NCBI GenBank assembly: GCA_050309605.1
Contig: JBNRMN010000034.1
Span: forward strand, 32,001 to 96,000
Length of the DNA: 64,000 nucleotides
DNA from: Anaerohalosphaeraceae bacterium
GTDB taxonomy: Bacteria; Planctomycetota; Phycisphaerae; Sedimentisphaerales; Anaerohalosphaeraceae
Direction: 5' to 3'
The position numbers and the translations under genes are program-made. How positions within the stretch are numbered: position 1 is the stretch's first letter; each line of letters opens with the position of its first letter. The notes below the pieces were generated by a model, which searched no databases, was not told the origin of the DNA, and saw only the letters and a program-made list of their open reading frames with translations. Of the stretch, positions 55,405 through 64,000 are shown piece by piece.

Positions 55405-57996
55405 TCAACGGCTTTCAAAGGTGCGCCCGCCGGAGCCGACCGATTCAATGACCCACCAGCCGTCCGATTGGACGGCCTCAGTCGGTTTGCCGTTCATCAG
55501 CACGGCCGGGCGGTCGCTGTGCTGAACGGGCAGATATACCTCTGCGGTCATATTGGCCGGCAGGGTGATGTCCAGTTCAAAGGTCCCCGCCGTATCGCGA
55601 AAGGCCGCCTCGATAGTCCCCCGAATCGTCGGAAGCCTGAGCTGTGCCCATTCCAGCCCGCCGGTTTGCGGACGGATGCGAATGCGACCGTAACCGGCCT
55701 CGATCGGTTCAATGCCGAACAGTCGGCGGGGGATGATATTGAGCGGGGCACTGGCCCATGGGTGGGCATAGCTCATATTGGGCTTGCCGGACGGATCCCA
55801 TGACTCAGTGGTGATAGTCGCGCCGAGGTGATGGATCATATGATGCCAGGAATGTTTCTCGGTCGAGGTCATCAGTGCCAGCGCCGCATCACCGCGGTCG
55901 GCGTTATACAGCGCATCGAGCAGGTATTGCGCCCCATACACGCTGCAAACCATTCCTTTCTCGATCAGAAACTGAGCCACTAACTTTTTGCGTTCCGGCG
56001 GCGTGACCGTCAGCGCCAGCGGAAAGAAGTTCGCATGAGCAGCGCTGTGGGCGCTGTCGCGTCCGTCGCGATAGATACCGGATTGTGCATCGAACAGATG
56101 GGTGTTTATTGCATTTTTGACCTGCTCGGCTGCGGCGGCGTAACGAGTTGGGTCGTTGGTTTTATCCAATACGCCGGCGATGCGGCTGAGCAGCTCCACG
56201 GCCTTATAATGAAAGGCATTCGTTACGGTGTTGATCGGCGTAAATTCATAGCCGTCGCGATAATACGCCGGCCAATCCACCAGCACGCGGTCGTTGTCGC
56301 TGTCGTGTTTTTCGACCAGTCCCTGTTCATTGACAAAATCGCACAGCGTTTTGGTCGTCAGGATATCATAGTGTCGGCGAATGGATTTTGCGTCGCCGGT
56401 GGCCATATAATCGGCCCAGGCCATCAGCAGGCAGGTTTGCTTGTACTCGGTCGGCCAGGTCGGGCGATGATACAGGTATTCGTTGGTATAACGGGCAAAC
56501 GCATATTCACGATCCGCCGCGTAATGGGAGAGCATATTGATGTAGGCGTCGCCCTCATACGGGCCGCGCTCGCGTGTCGGACAGTCCTGATACAGGTCGA
56601 TGTTGGTCGCCTTGATGCTGTAATGGCATAAGTCCCAGACTTCATTCAGGATGGTACTGGAACTGTCAAAGGCCGCCGCGTCCTGATCAAACGGATACTC
56701 AAGCGTCACAGTGCTCAGCACGAAGTCATCCGTCGGCAGGTTCAGCAGCTCGCCGTAGCGAAACCCGCGATAGCCGAAGTTCTCGATCACTTGCAGCCCG
56801 TCGCGCAGCGTCCATTTCTCGGCATAGGTAACGCCCGTGCGGGCTTGGTGACGAACGGTCTTATCGCCGTCCAGCTCTTCGCCGAGGCGTACTTCGATCT
56901 GTCGTCCGTTCGTGCCTTCAATGGACAGACGCACACACCCGACAATCTCCCTACCAAAATCAAAGAAATAATGCCCTTCGCTTTTTTTGTGCATCAGGAC
57001 GGGCTTGACCTCTTCCATTTGCACATTGCGAATCGGCTGAGCAACCAGTCGCTCGGCATAATGCGGTACGGTGCGCACCGAACGCCAGCCGCTGTCGTCA
57101 AAGTCGGTCCTCAGCCAGCCGTGCGGTTCATTGCGGGCGTCGATATGTTCCGGGCCGGCCTCGTAATACCAAAAAAACTTCGGCCCCATATTATAATAAG
57201 GATCGGCGTTGATCCCCCGCCACGTATCGTCTGTGCCGAATGTGCCGACGGCGTCGTCTTTGTAGAAGACTTTGATCTCGGCGATAAAATCTTTGGCGCG
57301 ACCATTGGAAAAACAGATGGCCCCCAGCACATGACTCGTTCCGGCGGTCAAATGCTCAGTGATATCGAAAACGTTGTAGGGCACCTTGCCGTCGTAGCCT
57401 CGCGCCGGCCCAATGCCGATGGGTGTGTCGTTGACATAGAATTTGAAGACATACTGGCGCGACGGATGGGTATCGCGCCCGCTGACAAATGCGAACGCCT
57501 TCTCGATGGGTTTGTCAGGCAGTTCTATCGTATCGCGCAGGAACACATATTTATTTTCTGCCGCTGCCCAGATCGGACGGGCGGACCAGGTGTCTTTCAG
57601 TGCCGTGACGAACAATTGCGGCTCGGCATACGGCCCCGGCTGGTTTCTGTTGTTCCAGGTCCGAACCGTCCACCGGTACATCCGCCCGGGTTGCAGTTCC
57701 GGCCCGGCATACGGCACGGCAATCGACCGCGGCGAAGCGACTTTGCCGGAATCCCACACCAGCGTCCGCTTGCTGCTGAGGCCGGTATAGACCTGAATCT
57801 GATAAGCCGTCTGCACGGCGTCAGGCTGCGGGTCGTTGACAATCCAGGAAAACGCCGGCGTAAAATCCTCAATTCCCAGCGGCTCGGGGTTTAAGTCACA
57901 CAGCAAACCCGTCGGTTGTTGCGGCGGTCTGGCACACCCGCAGGCCGCCAACAGCGTACCGGCCAAGAGAACCTTACAGCAGTGTCTTAAGTTCAT
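55405..57996 (-). CDS. Alpha-L-rhamnosidase-like lipoprotein (GH78)
   Basis: Lipobox LAAC; QTAYQI..WDSGKV, FDFGRE, YRGFRY, DCPTRERGPYEGD, GATITTESW, SYAHPW; start uncertain (57996-58008). Confidence 0.9.
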   Translation of the reverse strand: MNLRHCCKVLLAGTLLAACGCARPPQQPTGLLCDLNPEPLGIEDFTPAFSWIVNDPQPDAVQTAYQIQVYTGLSSKRTLVWDSGKVASPRSIAVPYAGPELQPGRMYRWTVRTWNNRNQPGPYAEPQLFVTALKDTWSARPIWAAAENKYVFLRDTIELPDKPIEKAFAFVSGRDTHPSRQYVFKFYVNDTPIGIGPARGYDGKVPYNVFDITEHLTAGTSHVLGAICFSNGRAKDFIAEIKVFYKDDAVGTFGTDDTWRGINADPYYNMGPKFFWYYEAGPEHIDARNEPHGWLRTDFDDSGWRSVRTVPHYAERLVAQPIRNVQMEEVKPVLMHKKSEGHYFFDFGREIVGCVRLSIEGTNGRQIEVRLGEELDGDKTVRHQARTGVTYAEKWTLRDGLQVIENFGYRGFRYGELLNLPTDDFVLSTVTLEYPFDQDAAAFDSSSTILNEVWDLCHYSIKATNIDLYQDCPTRERGPYEGDAYINMLSHYAADREYAFARYTNEYLYHRPTWPTEYKQTCLLMAWADYMATGDAKSIRRHYDILTTKTLCDFVNEQGLVEKHDSDNDRVLVDWPAYYRDGYEFTPINTVTNAFHYKAVELLSRIAGVLDKTNDPTRYAAAAEQVKNAINTHLFDAQSGIYRDGRDSAHSAAHANFFPLALTVTPPERKKLVAQFLIEKGMVCSVYGAQYLLDALYNADRGDAALALMTSTEKHSWHHMIHHLGATITTESWDPSGKPNMSYAHPWASAPLNIIPRRLFGIEPIEAGYGRIRIRPQTGGLEWAQLRLPTIRGTIEAAFRDTAGTFELDITLPANMTAEVYLPVQHSDRPAVLMNGKPTEAVQSDGWWVIESVGSGGRTFESR

Positions 57997-58406
57997 AAAA
58001 AACCTCATTGTACATCTTTAATCGTAAGTCTTGATTGCTTTCAGAGTATAACGCAAAAATCCTGTGGTGTCCAATGACTCGCACGCACCGCCGGTTCTTT
58101 TCAAAAAGTCCAAACGGATACCGCCGATACCGCGTCAGCCGGACTGGGAGGTGGAATCTGATTATGGGACGATGTTAAAAAAGTTTTGTTGCACAGCGGC
58201 CCCAAAGGGCTTGTGGATGGATCTTTTATCGGAAGTAAGTTGGCTTATGTCTTTTTTATACAGCAACTTGTATATTTTTTCGAAAAGTGTATCACGGTTG
58301 TTGATATGTTTAAGTTAGCCCGAAGACCGGTTTGACCGATACAACGGCGTAACGTAATTTTTACGAAGGGAAAGGTCTCGCAAGCGTGTCTTGAAAGTCG
58401 ATAACA

Positions 58407-59765
58407 ATGAGCCGAATGAACTGGACAATTCTGGCATTGATGCTGATGATCCCCGGTGCAGTGGGTCTGGGGTGGGGGACGATGCAAAATCGCCAAGCCG
58501 CCCGGCGGATCGTTCAAGCCGCCGGGACGATTGAGCAGGCCCCTTCAGCCGACGAATATCTTGCTATGTATGCCCAGTGGTCACAGCTGTCGCCTGCGGA
58601 GAAAGCTGAAAACCCTTGGGGGCAGGGTCCATACGGCGGAGCCGACATACAAAAGCGGCTGCGAGAACATCAGCAGCCGCGTCTTGAGGCGGATTTGCCC
58701 GATCTTGACGCGGGACTGAAGACATACCCGCCCCAGCTTGCCGATGTGTTATACGGTCCGGGCTGGGAGCAGCGGCTGGCCGATTTCCAGCGCGCGCGTG
58801 AAATACGCAATCTGGTGACGACCGCATCAGGGATTTTGTTGTTTGCGGGGGGGTTGCTGTTTTGCGGCGGACTGGTCCGATATGCGGTCGTACGAGTTCT
58901 GTATAAAGAGCAAACCGAGCAGATGTCAGAGGAAATCCAGGCATTTGAGGATACCGAGATGAACAATAAGGGCGTCAAAGAACCCGCCGGCAAGGGGTCG
59001 GATCGTCCATCCGCTTCGGCCATGGCGCAAACGCCGGACGCTCCGGTCAAACCCGCCGTGAAGTCCGCTGATAGCTGCGGCTATTTTGAATCCACGGAGA
59101 ACCATCAAAAACAGGCCGTGAAGTCCGCTATGTCCACACCGATGCCTGCTGCCCAACCTTCGGGCGACTTCGCGGCGTCGGTGTCTCTGGTTGATTCGTC
59201 TTCGGCGCCGCAGAGCCGGTCGTATTTTGGCTGGGAAATGGATACCCAGGAAGAGGATCCGGCGATCTCGACGCTGATGACGACACACCCCGTTACTCAT
59301 GAACTGACGGAGTTGACCGAAGAAGTCTCGGCCATTCGTCAATACGCCGCCGCTCAGCAGGATCAAATCCGTAAGTTCCAGGATGGGTATGACTGGATGA
59401 TCATCCGTCGGTTTTGTATGCGGATCATTCGCTGTATTGACAATCTGGACGACCGGCTGGCCAAACTTGACCCGGAAGAACAAACCCTGCAAGGCTGTCT
59501 GGAAGACATTCGGGATGAATTGATTTTTGCGCTGGAGTCCAGCGGTGTTGAGCAGTTCAGTCCCGATGTGAAGACGCCTTTCAAAGGGCTTGAAAAATAC
59601 GTCGAGGCAGTGCATCAGCGGGTTCCTGTTTCGAATGCGGATTGGGCGGGAACCATTGCCGAGATTGTTCGCCCCGGCTATCAATATCTGATCAACGATG
59701 ACGAGGTAAAAATTGTGCGTTGTGCACAGGTCAAACTGTACGACGCAGCGGAAACTGAAGCATAA
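58407..59765 (+). CDS. Membrane-anchored protein with C-terminal GrpE domain
   Basis: Two hydrophobic segments, long linker, C-terminal IIRCIDNL...ALESSGVEQF...GTIAEIVRPGY.......IVRCAQV (GrpE-like). Confidence 0.75.
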   Translation: MSRMNWTILALMLMIPGAVGLGWGTMQNRQAARRIVQAAGTIEQAPSADEYLAMYAQWSQLSPAEKAENPWGQGPYGGADIQKRLREHQQPRLEADLPDLDAGLKTYPPQLADVLYGPGWEQRLADFQRAREIRNLVTTASGILLFAGGLLFCGGLVRYAVVRVLYKEQTEQMSEEIQAFEDTEMNNKGVKEPAGKGSDRPSASAMAQTPDAPVKPAVKSADSCGYFESTENHQKQAVKSAMSTPMPAAQPSGDFAASVSLVDSSSAPQSRSYFGWEMDTQEEDPAISTLMTTHPVTHELTELTEEVSAIRQYAAAQQDQIRKFQDGYDWMIIRRFCMRIIRCIDNLDDRLAKLDPEEQTLQGCLEDIRDELIFALESSGVEQFSPDVKTPFKGLEKYVEAVHQRVPVSNADWAGTIAEIVRPGYQYLINDDEVKIVRCAQVKLYDAAETEA

Positions 59766-59776
59766 AGGAAACAGCC

Positions 59777-61327
59777 ATGGGAACGATTGCAGGAATCGAC
59801 TTGGGAACAACATTTTCAGCATTGGCCCGATTGAATGAGATCGGTCGGCCGCAGATTGTCCCCAACAGTGAAGGCGAGCGCATTACGCCCTCGGCGGTGT
59901 ATTTTGATGACGAAGAGGCCGGCGCCATTCGTGTCGGTCTGGAAGCGTTGAATTGCCGTCAGCTCAATCCTGAACGCACTGTTCGTTGGGTCAAGCGGTA
60001 TATGGGCGATTCGAACTGGAAAAAGAGCATCGACGGGCGCGAGTGGACGCCTCAGGAAATTTCCAGTCTGATTCTCAAGAAACTTTGTCAGGACGGCGCA
60101 ATTGAAAACGGTCCGATTCAGGATGTGGTAATTTCCGTGCCTGCGCATTTTGACGAGGTACGTCGCAAGGCCACCATGGACGCCGGAACGCTGGCCGGGC
60201 TGAATGTGATCGGCATTGTCAATGAGCCGGTGGCCGCAGCGCTCTATTACGCCACCACGCAGACTGTCAACGGGCGCGTGCTGGTCTATGACCTCGGCGG
60301 CGGGACCTTTGACGTGACCGTTCTCGATATTGACGGGCGGGATATGAATATTGTGTGCAGTCAGGGCGACCATGCCCTGGGCGGCGTGGATTTTGACCGC
60401 AAGCTGCTGGAGGTGTTCGAGCAGTTATACCGGGAGGAATACCATACCGACTTGATTCAGTCCGAGCAGGATCGCGCGCGGTATGAAGATGAAGCCGAAG
60501 ATGTGAAAAAGACACTGTCGCGGCGTCCGACGGCCCGCCGCATTTTGTACGGACCGGCCGGCAGCCTGCGGATTGAAATCACCCGCGAACAGTTCGAAAA
60601 AGCCATTGAGCCGCTTATTTCACGAACCGAGATTTTGATTGAAGTGGCGTTGGAAGAGGCCAAATCCAAGGTCGGCCAGATCAATCAGGTGCTGTTGGTC
60701 GGCGGCAGTACGCGGATGCCCGTGGTGCACAAACGGCTGACTGAAAAATTCGGCTTTGCCCCGGAAAATGCCGTCAATGTCGATGAATGTGTCGCGCTGG
60801 GAGCGGCCATTCATGCGGGACTGACGCTGCTGCGCGATGAGCCGAGCAAGGTTTCGGCGGGAATAACGGCGGGGCTGCGCGATGTCAAACTCAAAGATGT
60901 CTGCAATCACAGTTACGGAACGATTTGTGCCCCGATGGACGAAGAAACCGGACGTCCGACCATTCGCAACACGATTCTTTTGAAAAAGAACACGCCGCTG
61001 CCCTGTGAGGCGACGCAGACGTTTTATACCATGGCCGAAGGCCAAACCGAGCTTCAGATCATTGTTACGCAGGGCGAAGATGAGGACCCTGAATTTGTCA
61101 ATCGGATTGCGACGGAAATCTTCGAACTGCCGCCGGATCGACCGGCCAATCGCCCGATTCGCGTGCGGTACAGTTATGATGTCAACCAGCGGATGCACTG
61201 TACCTTTCTGGATGAAGATTCCGGTCGGTCTCTTGAGGTCGAATTTTGCGTCGGCGAGAAAGGACGAATGAAGCGGGCCAATGTGGAACAGACCGCCGAA
61301 GAATTGAATACCTATAAGGTGCAGTAA
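59777..61327 (+). CDS. Hsp70-family chaperone (non-canonical DnaK paralogue, no lid domain)
   Basis: GIDLGTTFS, SVPAHF, VNEPVAAA, YDLGGGTFDVT, LGGVDFD, LVGGSTRMP; only 516 aa. Confidence 0.92.
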   Translation: MGTIAGIDLGTTFSALARLNEIGRPQIVPNSEGERITPSAVYFDDEEAGAIRVGLEALNCRQLNPERTVRWVKRYMGDSNWKKSIDGREWTPQEISSLILKKLCQDGAIENGPIQDVVISVPAHFDEVRRKATMDAGTLAGLNVIGIVNEPVAAALYYATTQTVNGRVLVYDLGGGTFDVTVLDIDGRDMNIVCSQGDHALGGVDFDRKLLEVFEQLYREEYHTDLIQSEQDRARYEDEAEDVKKTLSRRPTARRILYGPAGSLRIEITREQFEKAIEPLISRTEILIEVALEEAKSKVGQINQVLLVGGSTRMPVVHKRLTEKFGFAPENAVNVDECVALGAAIHAGLTLLRDEPSKVSAGITAGLRDVKLKDVCNHSYGTICAPMDEETGRPTIRNTILLKKNTPLPCEATQTFYTMAEGQTELQIIVTQGEDEDPEFVNRIATEIFELPPDRPANRPIRVRYSYDVNQRMHCTFLDEDSGRSLEVEFCVGEKGRMKRANVEQTAEELNTYKVQ

Positions 61328-61374
61328 CAATTGATTGTTGGTAAATTGACTGAGATCAAAAAGGACAAGGCGTT

Positions 61375-62520
61375 ATGACAGTGGAATGGGTAGGCAGGCA
61401 GATGACGTTGGCGGGGCGGCTCGGCTCTGCTGCGCTGCGCAGGCTCATCCGTTGCCGCTGGCCTTCGCTGCCCGGAACACGTTTCCACTGTCGGGCGGAA
61501 CAGATTATTGATGAGTCCTGTCCGCCGTATGAAGATCGCTTTTTATGTGTTCAGGTTTTTGGGCGTTTTGTTGTGCCGCGTGAGCGTTCGGAGACGGACG
61601 TCTGTGTTGAGTTGCTGGATATAACCGACGGCGCCGGTCAGGCGGAACAGGTTCTGTCGGCTGCGCCTCAGTGGCAGCGCCCCGATTCACCGGTGTTTTA
61701 TTACCGAGCGCATTACGGCGCCGTCGCAGGCAAGCGGTTTGTGCTTTCAAAACCGATCACCATTGCAAAAATCCCGCTGCACCTGCTTCGCTTTGCCCGA
61801 CGCGGACGCCGAAAAATTCAGGTGTTGGCGGGCATGATCGATCGTGAAAAAGGGCAGATTCTTGCGCGGGCCGATACCTGCATGGAATATGTCGCGTGCG
61901 GAGAAGGATACGCCGAGATTCAGGAACGACGGGAAGCGGTATTGCGGGCCTGCGTGGAGCTTGCCTGCGCGGTGGCGACTGATGAGCCGTTTATCCCATC
62001 CGTTGCCGAAGTCATCGGTGACTGGATCGCGGATAAAACGCGGCGTTTTACGCCTCGAAGCGATTTACTCGAACCGCTGAGCCGCCTTGAAGCGTCCAAA
62101 GGAACATTCGATACCGCCGGGGCGTGTGAGGGTATCCTTGCTTGGGGACAAAAAGCCGATACCATCGAGGCGATGGATCTTGCCCTTCAGGTTGCCGCGC
62201 TGTATGCGTCGCCGTCCGCCCGACAGGAACAGTTGCTTTGGGAGCTGTCCGACGGTCTGGAGCTTTCACAGGAACGATTCATCGCGCTGTGCCAGAAACA
62301 GCTGCTGACGGACAATTGTTCGATTGAGCGATGGCGGCTTCTGTTGGGAGTTCGCCGGGAACTGGCTCCTGAACAATTGCGGCGACTGATCAATGAAGAA
62401 TATCGCAAGTGGAACGCCCGTATCACACACGCCGATCCGCGGATACGTCACCAGGCCGATATCATTCTCTCTATCATTGCTGACGTTCGCAGCCGACAGC
62501 AGGCGGTTTCCTGTTCATAA
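61375..62520 (+). CDS. Hypothetical protein with TerB-like region and C-terminal J-domain-like helices lacking HPD
   Basis: VELACAVA..., AMDLALQVAA...SARQEQLLWELSDGLEL (TerB-like); LLLGV...EQLRRLINEEYRKWNARITHADP...ADIILSII. Confidence 0.55.
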   Translation: MTVEWVGRQMTLAGRLGSAALRRLIRCRWPSLPGTRFHCRAEQIIDESCPPYEDRFLCVQVFGRFVVPRERSETDVCVELLDITDGAGQAEQVLSAAPQWQRPDSPVFYYRAHYGAVAGKRFVLSKPITIAKIPLHLLRFARRGRRKIQVLAGMIDREKGQILARADTCMEYVACGEGYAEIQERREAVLRACVELACAVATDEPFIPSVAEVIGDWIADKTRRFTPRSDLLEPLSRLEASKGTFDTAGACEGILAWGQKADTIEAMDLALQVAALYASPSARQEQLLWELSDGLELSQERFIALCQKQLLTDNCSIERWRLLLGVRRELAPEQLRRLINEEYRKWNARITHADPRIRHQADIILSIIADVRSRQQAVSCS

Positions 62521-62568
62521 CGCGACTGTCACTATTCATCTGATTGCCTTCTGTTTTTTTAACATGGC

Positions 62569-64000
62569 CTATTCGGCCCTGCGTTTTGCACATTGCGTTT
62601 GATGGATTTGACTGCATAGATCGCAGAGCTGATCGACCGCAAGCGTCAATTCCTGCAAAGACGATCCGCCCTCTCGAAGAGAACCCAGCATCGCGTCTGC
62701 TTTTTCGGTCAATGTGCTCTGGCCGGTGGTTTGACCGATCTCAGAGAACAATTCGGCAAATCGTGCCAGCAGTTCCATATCCGAATGCATCAAGACCTCA
62801 CGAGCGCCGTTTGCCAGCTCCGGCAGTTGCTTGAGCAGTGATTCGACACAAGCCATATCCTGTTCCGATAGCTCCGAGTCTTCAAGAGCAGGGCGGGCGG
62901 GACTTGTTTGTTCAGGAAGGTAATGGCTGATGACGGTATAAAGCTGATCGCGCGACAGCGGACGACTGATGCATTCATCAAACCCCATCTGTTGCCACGG
63001 GTCAGCCGGTTCGCCGTCCCGGTCCGAGACGAGGATGAGAGGAATTTCAGGCCATTGATTCCGAATCGTATGCACCAGCGTTTTGACGTGCTCAAATCCC
63101 AGTCCCTCATCCAGAAAAATCAGATCAAAATTCTGTTCATCGAGACATTCAAGCACCTGTTCGGCTGTTCCGGCAAGCTGGACGTCCAGTCCGAACCGGC
63201 GCATCATCAGTGCCAGGGTCAACTGACTTGGGAAGGCTTGTTCCGCCAGCAGAATATGTCCGCAGGCGGCGTCGGCATCCTCGTCTCGCCGCATCGGCCG
63301 CAGGCCCAGTGAGGCCGGGCCGTGATCAGCGGTCTTGGGCACAAACAGCGGCAGCGTCAGCGAAAACGTCGATCCTTGATCGGCTTGACTGACCAGGCGA
63401 ACATCGCCGCCGAGCAGTCCGGCCAGCCGGCGCGTGATCGCAAGCCCCAGCCCCGTTCCGCCGTATTGTCGGCACGTGGCAATATCCGCCTGTGCAAACG
63501 ACTTGAAGATGATGTCCTGTTTGTCCGGCGGAATGCCGATGCCCGTGTCTTCCACATCAAAGCGAACGCAGGGCTGTCCGGCACGATTGTCCGACCGAAC
63601 GCGCAGGGCGATATGTCCTGTGTCGGTGAATTTGATCGCGTTGCCGATCAGGTTGATCAAACATTGTTTCAGTCGCGTCGGGTCGGTAAAAAATGTCTTC
63701 GGCAAACAGTCATCCACCTGGATGATAAAGTCCAGCCCCTTTTTCCTCGCCTGCGTTTCCATCATCACGCGGATTTCCTGAACAAGCTCTGCGACAGTGC
63801 AGGAGATCACTTCGATTTTCAGTTTGCCGGCCTCGATCCGCGAAAAATCCAGAATATCGTTGATCAAATCAAGCAGTCCTTTGGCGGCCTGATGAATGGT
63901 TATAACATACTCCTGCTGTTCTTCGTCCAGCGTGGTGTCCATTAAAATTTCGGTAAAGCCAATGATTGAATTCATTGGCGTGCGAATGTCGTGGCTGGAA
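62569..64000 (-). CDS. Hybrid sensor histidine kinase (HisKA-HATPase-REC-HPt-like); 5' end outside the window
   Basis: H-box SHDIRTPMNSIIGF at the window edge, NLIGNAIKFT, VEDTGIGI, FAQAD, GGTGLGLAI, then REC-like FDLIFLD. Confidence 0.92.
   Translation of the reverse strand, partial: SSHDIRTPMNSIIGFTEILMDTTLDEEQQEYVITIHQAAKGLLDLINDILDFSRIEAGKLKIEVISCTVAELVQEIRVMMETQARKKGLDFIIQVDDCLPKTFFTDPTRLKQCLINLIGNAIKFTDTGHIALRVRSDNRAGQPCVRFDVEDTGIGIPPDKQDIIFKSFAQADIATCRQYGGTGLGLAITRRLAGLLGGDVRLVSQADQGSTFSLTLPLFVPKTADHGPASLGLRPMRRDEDADAACGHILLAEQAFPSQLTLALMMRRFGLDVQLAGTAEQVLECLDEQNFDLIFLDEGLGFEHVKTLVHTIRNQWPEIPLILVSDRDGEPADPWQQMGFDECISRPLSRDQLYTVISHYLPEQTSPARPALEDSELSEQDMACVESLLKQLPELANGAREVLMHSDMELLARFAELFSEIGQTTGQSTLTEKADAMLGSLREGGSSLQELTLAVDQLCDLCSQIHQTQCAKRRAE

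Noticed and set aside
55127..55408. Minus-strand 93-aa Q/H-rich ORF
   Set aside because: This composition is typical of the antisense of a hydrophobic membrane-protein gene (the plus-strand Sec ORF).

Overview
This window is a mostly housekeeping segment of a GC-rich bacterial chromosome. It is very likely Planctomycetota: it carries the PVC-superphylum 'small basic protein' and a HYExAFE-family gene. Phycisphaerae/Sedimentisphaerales is my inference. Core genes include pgi, pcrA/uvrD, smc, tRNA-Gly, hisS, bioB, araA, glgP, the rpmF-plsX-fabHDG-acpP-fabF operon, nfeD-floA and two glycoside hydrolases. The key discovery is a selenium locus at about 46.1-55.4 kb. selA-selB is flanked on both sides by 86-codon ORFs that the ORF track misses because each has one in-frame TGA (51204..51464 minus, TGA = codon 41; 55142..55402 plus, TGA = codon 28). 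Both TGAs lie in the identical context GGG-TGA-GGC-A (Gly-Sec-Gly). Each is followed 12-13 nt later by an 8-bp stem with a UGG loop, a shared SECIS-like element. One product is soluble (U-x3-C). It heads an operon of a Cys-rich SAM methyltransferase, three 2-hydroxyacyl-CoA-dehydratase/double-cubane-family Fe-S proteins and an ATP-dependent activase, and a strong intrinsic terminator separates it from that operon. The other is a 3-TM membrane protein whose Sec and C-terminal Cys are predicted on the same face. Other oddities are a RuvX-Pgl fusion, an FlhA-TM/pseudo-ATPase gene next to an FlgI-HEAT lipoprotein, a specialised GrpE-Hsp70-TerB/J-like triad and a hybrid kinase with degenerate REC/HPt domains. 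All calls come from reading the sequence; no database searches were run.
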